From NCBI GenBank assembly GCA_044344255.1, contig JBIJDH010000025.1, positions 31,889-95,888 of the forward strand: a DNA stretch of 64,000 nucleotides, given 5' to 3'. The translations under genes were made by a program, and so were the position numbers. How positions within the stretch are numbered: the stretch's first letter is position 1; each line of letters begins with the position of its first letter. This document shows, piece by piece, positions 36,441-44,188 of this stretch. Below the pieces are notes generated by a model, which worked only from the letters and a program-made list of their open reading frames with translations, did no database searches and was not told the DNA's origin. Source of the DNA: Myxococcota bacterium (lineage in GTDB: Bacteria > Myxococcota_A > UBA796 > UBA2385).

Positions 36441-37787
36441 CATGCCGATCGAGCTGATGGCGAGCTTCAACGAGAGCGCGTTGGTCGCGAAGGGGAAGAG
36501 GGCGAGCTGCTCGGGATCGTTGAACAGGGCCTGGAAGGTGAAGGGCATCGCCCGGTACTCCACTCGCAGCGCGGCGAAGCGCCCCCCCGCCACGCCGAGG
36601 GTGTACCGCGGCGGCAGAGAGACCACCCCGGCCTTGAAGAGAAAGCCCGTAGGGGCCACCCGCTTGCCCCCGCCGCCGCCCTTCAGGCTGCCGCGGTCGC
36701 GGTAGAAGTCCTCGCTGTGGAAGCCGAGGTGCCCCTCGAAGAGGCCGCCCGCCTCCCCGAGGGCTACGGTGGCGTCCACCTCGCCGTGCCCGGCGATGCC
36801 CCGCTGGAGGGCGTGGACGGTGCGGAGCCGGTCGCCCTCGTCTTGTGTCAGGGCGGAGCCCTCGGGCGCGGCGCCGGCCACGGGCAGGTCGCGGAAGAAG
36901 AGGCTGGTCATCCCCACCTTGTCGGCCGTCTTCCCGGCGCCGAAGCGGCGCACGGAGAAGTCCTGCACGCCGGCGCGCACGTAGTCGAATGGGTGGGCCT
37001 TGGCGCCGGCCACCTGCTCCTTGGCGCTGGCCGACAGGGTGCCGAACAGGCCCACCACCCGCTCGTCCACCGAGCCATAGACGCCGCGGGCGCCCGTGTA
37101 GCCGGCCCGGGCCCCGATGTAGGGGCTGTCGACCCAGGCGCCGCCGATCCAGTCGACCGTGTAGCTGGCCACGCCGTCGCCGCGGGAGGTGTTGCCGATG
37201 AGCGGGGCGAAGGCCACGGGATAGAAGTTGATGAGCTGCGTGGGCACCACCCAGATCCGCTGGCCGAGCACGCTCTGGGTGACGCTGGCCGAGTAGAAGG
37301 CCCCCACCGAGCGGAGGCCGAAGCCGAAGACCACGTTGGTGGCGTAGAGGTCGAGGGGCTGGTCATAGACCCGCTCCTTTCTCTTCCACCGCGCCTCGGG
37401 GTCCAAGCCGTAGGAGCCCTCCCCCTCGGGGCGGGGGTCGTCACAGAAGGCGGGCACGCGGGCCGCCCCGAAGGTCCAGTTGGCCTCGGCGGAGACGAAG
37501 CCGTAGCCCTCATTCTTGGACCAGCTCGTGGGCGCGCTCTCCGAGACCTGCTTGGCGGCGCGCTCGGCGAAGGCGGCGGCGCCGTAGGTGCTCACGTTGG
37601 TCTTGCGCGCCGCCTGGGCGTTGGCGAAGCCCGCCGAGCCGGCGATCGGGTAGTTGAATTCGCAGCTGAGCGGCCGAGCGGCGGCGACCGGGGAAGCGGA
37701 GAGACCGATGAGGCCGAGGGCGGCGCCGAGCAGCGTCGCCGCGAGGGAGCGGCGAATTGGATGGGTGCGTGTGGAGCCGGCGCTCAT
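36432..37787 (-). CDS. secreted beta-rich protein, possible outer-membrane beta-barrel (unknown family)
   Basis: Start at ATG 37787 in track ORF 36432..38048. Sec signal is RRSLAATLLGAALGLIGLSASPVAAA. Alternating hydrophobic, Gly/Tyr/Phe-rich sequence. No family motif recognised. Confidence 0.6.
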   Translation of the reverse strand: MSAGSTRTHPIRRSLAATLLGAALGLIGLSASPVAAARPLSCEFNYPIAGSAGFANAQAARKTNVSTYGAAAFAERAAKQVSESAPTSWSKNEGYGFVSAEANWTFGAARVPAFCDDPRPEGEGSYGLDPEARWKRKERVYDQPLDLYATNVVFGFGLRSVGAFYSASVTQSVLGQRIWVVPTQLINFYPVAFAPLIGNTSRGDGVASYTVDWIGGAWVDSPYIGARAGYTGARGVYGSVDERVVGLFGTLSASAKEQVAGAKAHPFDYVRAGVQDFSVRRFGAGKTADKVGMTSLFFRDLPVAGAAPEGSALTQDEGDRLRTVHALQRGIAGHGEVDATVALGEAGGLFEGHLGFHSEDFYRDRGSLKGGGGGKRVAPTGFLFKAGVVSLPPRYTLGVAGGRFAALRVEYRAMPFTFQALFNDPEQLALFPFATNALSLKLAISSIGMES

Positions 37788-38188
37788 CCGGAGTCCCGGC
37801 TGCCCGAGGGCGAGGTGAGGTAGAGGCACATGTCGGAGACGGCGAGCCAGGCGTCGAGGTCGTCGCCGTACTCCTCGACCAGCGCGCAGGGGATGTTCCG
37901 CAGCGCCAGCGGGCAGGCGTAGACGTCTTGCGGCGCCACGAGGGCGGCGGTGTCCTCCCCGAGCGGCTCGACGGGGACCTCCTCGCAGGTGTAGTCCTCG
38001 AAGAAGCGCTCGTAGCGCGCCTCGGCGAGGTCGGTGTCGCCGGTGCACTCCTGAGTGCGGCCGGCGATGGCCGACCCCACCTCGAGGCAGAGCTGATCTT
38101 CAGGAAGCGACCGGATACAGCCGCCGGAGAGCAGCCCGGCGAGGAGGGCGGCGAGGCCCGAGGGGCCGGCGCGGCTCGGCGCGGTCAT
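37784..38188 (-). CDS. small Cys-rich lipoprotein
   Basis: Start at ATG 38188 (MTAPSRAGPSGLAALLAGLLSGGC) in track ORF 37784..38695. Seven further Cys residues. ATGA overlaps at 37784-37787 and 38185-38188. Confidence 0.6.
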   Translation of the reverse strand: MTAPSRAGPSGLAALLAGLLSGGCIRSLPEDQLCLEVGSAIAGRTQECTGDTDLAEARYERFFEDYTCEEVPVEPLGEDTAALVAPQDVYACPLALRNIPCALVEEYGDDLDAWLAVSDMCLYLTSPSGSRDSG

Positions 38189-38595
38189 GGGACCTCCTCG
38201 GTCCAAGGCTGTCCGTCGTTGTCGGGGACGCGGAACCAGCCGAGGAGCGCGCCAGCGGCGTCCCGATAGGCATAGACCGCCCCCGGGTTCGACGGCGCGG
38301 CGAAGCTGCTCCCCCCCTGGATGGTGCCGAGGCCCATCTCTTCGCAGGTCTCCGTGATCAGGCTGAGCTCCACCGTCACGCTGGCGAAGACGGTCAGCTC
38401 GACCGGCATCGCGCCGAGCAGGACCGTGCAGGGCAGCTCGCTCTCTCCGGTCAGGCCGTCGAGGGGGCCCCCGTTTCGGGTCTGCGCGACCGGGTAGTAC
38501 GAGGGGTAGCCGCAGCCGCTTGCCAGGATGCAGCCGAGGACGGCCGCCGGCCATGCAGGGGAACGACGGTGACCGGCGCGGAGGAGCGGGAGCAT
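38185..38595 (-). CDS. small lipoprotein, first gene of the envelope operon
   Basis: Start at ATG 38595 (MLPLLRAGHRRSPAWPAAVLGCILASGC) in track ORF 38185..38691. Confidence 0.6.
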   Translation of the reverse strand: MLPLLRAGHRRSPAWPAAVLGCILASGCGYPSYYPVAQTRNGGPLDGLTGESELPCTVLLGAMPVELTVFASVTVELSLITETCEEMGLGTIQGGSSFAAPSNPGAVYAYRDAAGALLGWFRVPDNDGQPWTEEVP

Positions 38596-38714
38596 GCCCT
38601 GGTTGTGCCCCACGGCGCGGGGAAGCGCAAGCGGCGTCGGAGCATGGCGGGGGACGGGGGCGGACGGGATAGGCGGAGGGGCGCCTCGCACACACCCGAA
38701 CCCCCCGGTCCCGC

Positions 38715-39527
38715 TTGCCCCAACAGACGGCCCCGGCGCCCCCCTCGCCGCCGGCTTCGGCGGAGGCCTCGCCTCGCCGCTGGCTGCGGGTGGGGCTGGC
38801 CTACCTCGCCCTCGTGGCCCTCACCGGGGCGGTCCTGCTGTGGCTCTCCCGGCCGCCGCTGCCGCCGCTGCCCCCTCAGCAGGTCCTGTTTATCGAGGTC
38901 GTGGGGGCGAGCTGGGCGGCGCTGGGGCCGCAGATCGAGGCCGGAGCCCTCCCGGCCCTCGGCCGGCTGGTGGCCGAGGGGGCGGTCGAGACCGCGCTCG
39001 AGCCCCTCGGCGGCGAAGATCGCCTGTCCCGCTCGGCGGCGCTCCGGGCGGGCCGTACGGCCGAGGGCGCGGTGGCGGGGCCGAGCCTGTGGGCGGTGGC
39101 GCGGGCGGCGGGGCTCACGGCCGAGGAGCTCGCAGCCAGGGAGCTCGCAGGGACGGGCATCCCCGCCGTCGACGTCCCCACCCCGCAGCTCCTCGGCCTC
39201 CGCCTCGACCCCGCCGCGGGAGAGGGCTGGCCGGCCCTCGACACGGCGCTCGGCGGCTGGCTCCTCCGCCCCCCGGCCGACACCACCCTCGTGCTGGTGG
39301 GGGACGCGGGCCCCGCCGCGCCGGGCCTGCTCATCCTCTGGGGCCCGGGGGTCAAGCCCGGTCACCTCGAGGGGTTGGAGGCTCAGGACGTCGCCCCCAC
39401 GATCGCCTGGCTCCTCGGCCTGCCCGTGGCCATCGACCTCCCCGGGCGGGTGGTCGACGACGCCTTCCGCGACGAATTCGCCGATCGCCGCGGGCTCTCG
39501 CTCGTCCCCTCCTACCTCACTCCCTGA
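38715..39527 (+). CDS. membrane-anchored degenerate alkaline-phosphatase/sulfatase-like protein
   Basis: TTG start (uncertain). TM is VGLAYLALVALTGAVLLWL. VLFIEVVGASWAAL sits where family members have the xxDxxR metal motif. C-terminal LEAQDVAPTIAWLLGLPVAIDLPGRVV matches the conserved sulfatase-family block. No nucleophile motif. Confidence 0.55.
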   Translation: MPQQTAPAPPSPPASAEASPRRWLRVGLAYLALVALTGAVLLWLSRPPLPPLPPQQVLFIEVVGASWAALGPQIEAGALPALGRLVAEGAVETALEPLGGEDRLSRSAALRAGRTAEGAVAGPSLWAVARAAGLTAEELAARELAGTGIPAVDVPTPQLLGLRLDPAAGEGWPALDTALGGWLLRPPADTTLVLVGDAGPAAPGLLILWGPGVKPGHLEGLEAQDVAPTIAWLLGLPVAIDLPGRVVDDAFRDEFADRRGLSLVPSYLTP

Positions 39528-39585
39528 GGTCCGTCGGGTCCGCCGCGCGTTCGACGGGGCTCCCGCCGTTGGGATAGGGTCGCGG

Positions 39586-41043
39586 ATGCGCGCCGCTCTT
39601 CCCCTTCGGTCGCCTGAGCCCCTCGGCCTCCCCGTTGCGCGGGCGACGAGCTCCCCGCGGGGGTTCGGCTTCGCCCTGGCGCTGATCGCCGGCCTCGGCG
39701 CCATGGCCTGCCACCGCCCGGTGGAGCGGTCGGTTCACCCCGAGAAGCCCGACGTGGTCTTGATCGTCGTCGATACCCTCCGCATGAGCGAGATGAATCA
39801 GTACGGCTACGCGCGGCCCACCGCCGTCGCCCTCGATCGGTTCGCCGCCGAGTCCACCCGCTTCACCCGGGCCTGGGCGCCTGCGCCCTGGACCCTCCCC
39901 AGCACCGCGACGGCCCTCTCCGGTCTCCTGCCGGCCTCCCACAAGGTGAGGCACCTGGGCGACGTGCTGCCGGACGAGGTCACCACCCTCGCGGAGCGCC
40001 TCCAGGCGGCGGGCTGGACCACCGGGGGCTTTTCGCACAACCACCATGTCTCCCCGCTGACCGGCTTCTCCCAGGGCTTTGAGACCTTTGAGGCCTATCA
40101 GGGCAGCGCCCTCGACGCCCCCTTCACCGGCGAGCTGGTGGACATGATGGAGGGCTGGCTCGATGAGAAGGTGGATGAGCGGCTCTTCCTCTACAGCCAC
40201 CCCCTGTCCTGCCATGGCCCCTATGAGGTGCCCTGGACCCGCCGGCGCACCCTGCTCGGCGAGGCCCCGAGCGACGCCTTCGTCTACGGCGAGGCCCCGA
40301 TGAAGCCCATCATGAATGGGCGGCTCAAGAGTCGGGAGCGGGTGAAGAAGCGGCACCTGCAGAGCCACCGTGACCAGTACGACACGGCCATTCGATACAC
40401 CTTGGACGAGGTGGGCCGGCTGCTCGAGGGGCTGCGGGAGTCCGGCGTCTATGACGACGCGCTGATCATCCTCACCGCAGACCACGGCGAGGAGCTCTAT
40501 GACCACCAGGGCTTCGGCCACGGGTACTCCCTCTACGACGAGGTGCTGCGGGTGCCCCTCTTCGTGAAGCTGCCGGGTCAGAAGGAGGGCGCGGTCTCCG
40601 ACGTGACCGCCAGCCTCGCCGACATCGTGCCCACCGTGCTCTCGCTCGTGGGCGAGCCCGTGCCCGAGGGGCTGCCGGGGCGCTCGCTCCTCCCCGCCCT
40701 CGCTGGCGCACCCGACGACCCCGACCGCGTCCTGCTCTTCGACGTCGATTGGCCGAACCGCTGCCAAGGGCGGGGTGTCCTGCGGGGCTCCTGGAAGCTC
40801 ATCACCCTCGACGCCTGCTACGACCAGCCCGCGGACGCTCGGATGTTGTTCAACCTCTCGGAGGACCCTGGTGAGCGCCGCGACCTCGCGAAGGACGCCA
40901 CCCTCCTCGAGGCGCAGCTCCGCGCCGAGCTCCTCCGCGCCGACGAGGAGGCGCGGGCGCTCGGCCTCGCCTTGCCGCCGCCGGCCAACGTCGCTGGCAG
41001 CATGAACACAGAGCTGCTGCGCATGCTCGGCTACGTGCAGTAG
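39586..41043 (+). CDS. sulfatase-family hydrolase/transferase, Thr-type nucleophile, secreted
   Basis: Start at ATG 39586 within track ORF 38569..41043; the upstream third is out of frame with gene 38715..39527. VVLIVVDTLRMSE, APAPWTLPSTATALSGLLP (Thr nucleophile), ILTADHGEELYDHQGFGHG and LADIVPTVLSLVGEP are present. It ends LRMLGYVQ. Confidence 0.85.
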   Translation: MRAALPLRSPEPLGLPVARATSSPRGFGFALALIAGLGAMACHRPVERSVHPEKPDVVLIVVDTLRMSEMNQYGYARPTAVALDRFAAESTRFTRAWAPAPWTLPSTATALSGLLPASHKVRHLGDVLPDEVTTLAERLQAAGWTTGGFSHNHHVSPLTGFSQGFETFEAYQGSALDAPFTGELVDMMEGWLDEKVDERLFLYSHPLSCHGPYEVPWTRRRTLLGEAPSDAFVYGEAPMKPIMNGRLKSRERVKKRHLQSHRDQYDTAIRYTLDEVGRLLEGLRESGVYDDALIILTADHGEELYDHQGFGHGYSLYDEVLRVPLFVKLPGQKEGAVSDVTASLADIVPTVLSLVGEPVPEGLPGRSLLPALAGAPDDPDRVLLFDVDWPNRCQGRGVLRGSWKLITLDACYDQPADARMLFNLSEDPGERRDLAKDATLLEAQLRAELLRADEEARALGLALPPPANVAGSMNTELLRMLGYVQ

Positions 41044-41097
41044 GGGCGGGGGCTACGCTGGCCCTGCGGGGCGGCCCCGTGCTACGTGCCCGCCGCA

Positions 41098-43245
41098 ATG
41101 TCCGAGCCCCTCGATCCGACCGCTGTCGCGCCTGCTCCTGCCTCGCTGGGAGGCGCGGCGCTCCCCGACGGCCTCCCCCTCCGGCGCAGCGTCGGCCTCG
41201 GCGTCGCCACGCTGGTGGTCCTGTTCGTCATCGACGCGATCGAGACGTCGGACACCGTGCGTCGGGCGGTCAATCGACTGAACGCTGGACAGACCGCAGA
41301 CGACGCCATGCTCGAGTCTGTGTCCTACTATGTGGTCGGCAACGCTGTCTCCTACCTGCTGATCGGCCTCGTGGCCGGCCTCGTGCTGCACTTCTGGCTG
41401 AGGCTGCTGCGCCCGGCGCGCCCCCTGCGCGCGGCGGTGATCGCGCTGCCCGTCGCGGTGCTGCTCGCGTATGGCCGACAGGCCATCCTGCACCCGGGCC
41501 TCCACGACTGGTTCCTGTTCCTCGACCTCTGGGCCTCCCACGTGCCGCCAGAGGCCATGCTGGCCCTGATGGTGCTGCCCGTCTGTGTCAGCCTCGTGGT
41601 CGGCTATCACCGCTCGGCCGGCCTCGGGGACTGGGGGCGGCGAGTGGCCCCCCTGCTCGCCCTCGCCCTCTCGATCGGCGCCCTCTGGCGGGTGTCTCCA
41701 GCGGACCCTGCGGTGAAGAACGACGGTCCGAACATCCTCGTCTTCAGCTTCGATGCGATGCGGACCGACCACATCCACCATTTTGGATATGAGCGGGACA
41801 TTACCCCCAACCTCGATCGTTTCCTGTCCGAGTCGACGGTCTGGGAGAACGCTTACACCCCGCTGGCCCGCACGCAGCCGGCCTGGACCGCGCTGCTCAC
41901 CGGCACGCTGCCGATCACCAATGAGGTGCGCGACCCCCTGCCCGAGCCCTCGAAGCTCGTGCCGAAGGTGCCGATGCTGCCTCAGGTCTTGAAGGAGCGT
42001 GGCTACCACACCGCCTTCCTGACCGACGACTCCCGCTTCAACTACATGGTCCCTGAGCATGGCTTCGACACCATCGTCCAGCCGCCGCCCCACATCTCCA
42101 ACTTCGCGATCTCGGGCTCCGAGCCGAGCTTCCGCGCCTTTTACGGACTGCTCGACAACCCGCTCGGCTGGTTCCTCGTCCCCGCGGTGCGGATGAACCA
42201 GGCCTTTGGCCGGAGCTACGAGAACAAGCGCTTCAACGAGGCCACCCTGCAGGCCATCGCCGACGCCTCGGCCCACGAGCGCTTCTTCCTGGCGATCCAC
42301 GACTGCAGCCTGCACTCGCCGGCGGATCGGTATTATCCGTACACGCTCCTCTTCGATCAGGCGTCCTATCAGGGCAAGAATCGATTTCGGTACGCCTCGC
42401 TCGGCTCGGCCTCGCTCTTCGATGACATGAACGAGGAGGAGGAGCGCGCCGCCGCCCAGCAGAACATCAACCTCTACGACGCCGGCATGGTGATGATCGA
42501 CGAGACCTTCGCCGGCCTCCGCGCCCAGCTCGAGGACAGCGGTCTCTGGGAGAATTCGATCGTCGTCTTGATGAGCGACCACGGCGAGGACTTCTACGAG
42601 CCCGATCTCCGCTACTCCTTCGTCGGTCCGAACCACGGCTTCCATCCGTGGGGGCGGGCTCAGCACAACGTGGTCCTGGGCATCCACTGGCCGGCCTCGA
42701 TGGCCGCCGCCCACCCGCCCGGCCGCGAGACGCACCTCACCAGCCTGATCGACGTCGTGCCCACCCTCGCCGAGGCGCTGGGCATCCCCTGGAAGGGCGA
42801 CGGGCGCTCGCTCTTCGACCGGAGCGAGCGCGTGCTCTACGTGGAGACGGGCCTGTCCGAGAAGAGCTACTGGAGCAAGGAGCACAAGCGGTACCCCTTC
42901 AAGCACAACTCGGCCTACTTCACGGTGGAGGAGGGCTCCGGGCGGGTCTTCGGGCGCACCGAGTTCGCCTCCGCGGTCATCCGCAACAAGGACCGCTTCG
43001 TGATGGACGAGCGGTACAAGCTCATCTGGTACCCGAACGACTCCGGCACCAGCGTGGAGCTGTTCGACTGGGTGGCCGATCCGAACGACCGCCGAAACGT
43101 CGCCGCGCGCTACCCGGGCCAGGTCGCCAAGCTCTGGGCGGCGCTCCAGCCCCGCCTCGCCCAGGACGGCATCATCGCCCCCGAGCTGCTCCCTTTCGTT
43201 CGGCCGACCACGCCAACTCCGGCGGCCGCGCCCGCCCAGCCCTGA
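41098..43245 (+). CDS. polytopic membrane sulfatase-family protein (LtaS/OpgB/EptA-like architecture), Thr-type nucleophile
   Basis: About 5 N-terminal TM helices (LGVATLVVLFVIDAI, VSYLLIGLVAGLVLHFWL, AAVIALPVAVLLAY, MLALMVLPVCVSLVVGY, VAPLLALALSIGALW). The extracytoplasmic domain follows: ILVFSFDAMRTDH, TPLARTQPAWTALLTG, VLMSDHGEDF, LIDVVPTLAEALGIP. GTG 41086 is an alternative start. Confidence 0.85.
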   Translation: MSEPLDPTAVAPAPASLGGAALPDGLPLRRSVGLGVATLVVLFVIDAIETSDTVRRAVNRLNAGQTADDAMLESVSYYVVGNAVSYLLIGLVAGLVLHFWLRLLRPARPLRAAVIALPVAVLLAYGRQAILHPGLHDWFLFLDLWASHVPPEAMLALMVLPVCVSLVVGYHRSAGLGDWGRRVAPLLALALSIGALWRVSPADPAVKNDGPNILVFSFDAMRTDHIHHFGYERDITPNLDRFLSESTVWENAYTPLARTQPAWTALLTGTLPITNEVRDPLPEPSKLVPKVPMLPQVLKERGYHTAFLTDDSRFNYMVPEHGFDTIVQPPPHISNFAISGSEPSFRAFYGLLDNPLGWFLVPAVRMNQAFGRSYENKRFNEATLQAIADASAHERFFLAIHDCSLHSPADRYYPYTLLFDQASYQGKNRFRYASLGSASLFDDMNEEEERAAAQQNINLYDAGMVMIDETFAGLRAQLEDSGLWENSIVVLMSDHGEDFYEPDLRYSFVGPNHGFHPWGRAQHNVVLGIHWPASMAAAHPPGRETHLTSLIDVVPTLAEALGIPWKGDGRSLFDRSERVLYVETGLSEKSYWSKEHKRYPFKHNSAYFTVEEGSGRVFGRTEFASAVIRNKDRFVMDERYKLIWYPNDSGTSVELFDWVADPNDRRNVAARYPGQVAKLWAALQPRLAQDGIIAPELLPFVRPTTPTPAAAPAQP

Positions 43246-43290
43246 GGCGGCGCGCGCGAGCGGGAGGGTGAGGCCAAAGGCCAGCCGCGC

Positions 43291-44097
43291 TCAGCGGGCG
43301 GCGAGGGCCTGCTCGTCCTGCTGATCGAGGGCGGTGAGCAGCGAGCTGCGGACGCGGTGGGAGAGCTCCTCGACGTCGTCCTTGGTGAGGCCCGCGCAGT
43401 CGATGGGGTCGCCGAAGATCATCTCGACCGTCCCGCGCTTGATCCGCCAGCCGAGGTTCGGGTTTGTGCAGTCCCAGAGGCCCTTCATCGCGAGGGGAAG
43501 GATCTGGCCCTGCGTCTCGATGGCCATGTGGAAGGGGCCCTTCTTGAAGGGGCCGAGCTGGCCGTTGCGGGTGCGGGTGCCCTCGGGCATGACGCCGATG
43601 TTGACGCCGGAGCCCAGGCGCTCGCGCGCGAGGCGATAGGACTCCTTCGCCGAGCTCAGGTTGGCCCGGTCGATCGGGATGTTGCCCCAGGCGTACAAGA
43701 ACCAGTTGTAGACCGGGATCTTGAAGTTCTCCTTCTTCTCGATGGCGACCGAGTATCGGGAGAGCACCGCCTGGGCGATGAAGGGATCGAGGAAGCTGAC
43801 GTGGTTGCAGTACACGAGGTAGCCGCGGGAGGGATCGACCTTGTGACCGTTGACCACCTTGAGCCGCATCCCGAGGAGGCCGAGCCCGAGCTTCATCATG
43901 AAGTTCGTGTAGGGCAGGAAGCGCTGGGGGTTCATCAAGAAGGCCAGCACCACCACCGAGAGCAAGGCGGGGAAGAACACGCTCCAGCCGACGACGAAGC
44001 GGCTGAGGTCATCCACCGTCTCGATCACGCCGTATCGGCGGCGGAGGCCGGTTTGGGTGTTGGCGGGGACCAGCGCTGTGCCCGTGTCGGTTCCCAT
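43291..44097 (-). CDS. plsC: 1-acyl-sn-glycerol-3-phosphate acyltransferase (AGPAT/LPLAT family)
   Basis: Start at ATG 44097 (MGTDTGTALV) in track ORF 43291..44343. N-terminal TM. Block I is YCNHVSFLD (H-x4-D). Block III is VMPEGTRTRNG. Lies 91 bp downstream of the PfaC-like gene on the same strand. Confidence 0.9.
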   Translation of the reverse strand: MGTDTGTALVPANTQTGLRRRYGVIETVDDLSRFVVGWSVFFPALLSVVVLAFLMNPQRFLPYTNFMMKLGLGLLGMRLKVVNGHKVDPSRGYLVYCNHVSFLDPFIAQAVLSRYSVAIEKKENFKIPVYNWFLYAWGNIPIDRANLSSAKESYRLARERLGSGVNIGVMPEGTRTRNGQLGPFKKGPFHMAIETQGQILPLAMKGLWDCTNPNLGWRIKRGTVEMIFGDPIDCAGLTKDDVEELSHRVRSSLLTALDQQDEQALAAR

Positions 44098-44188
44098 CTG
44101 CTCGCTCCTGACGGGGCCACTCGGAGGATGGAGGGCCTCCGGGGGTGTCCCCTTAGAGCTTAGCGGGCAGACGGGCGAGTTCCACGCC

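Noticed and set aside
38569-41043. 824-aa ORF read as a single gene. The same issue applies to 4872..6233, 9212..12043, 34887..36311, 36432..38048, 37784..38695, 43291..44343, 44189..50911, 50436..52355, 53679..55061, 54487..55911 and 17292..19895 taken at full length.
   Set aside because: The 5' extensions overlap neighbouring genes out of frame or antisense and translate to Arg/Pro-rich junk. In each case an internal start gives a proper signal peptide or conserved N-terminus, and usually a stop/start overlap with the upstream gene.
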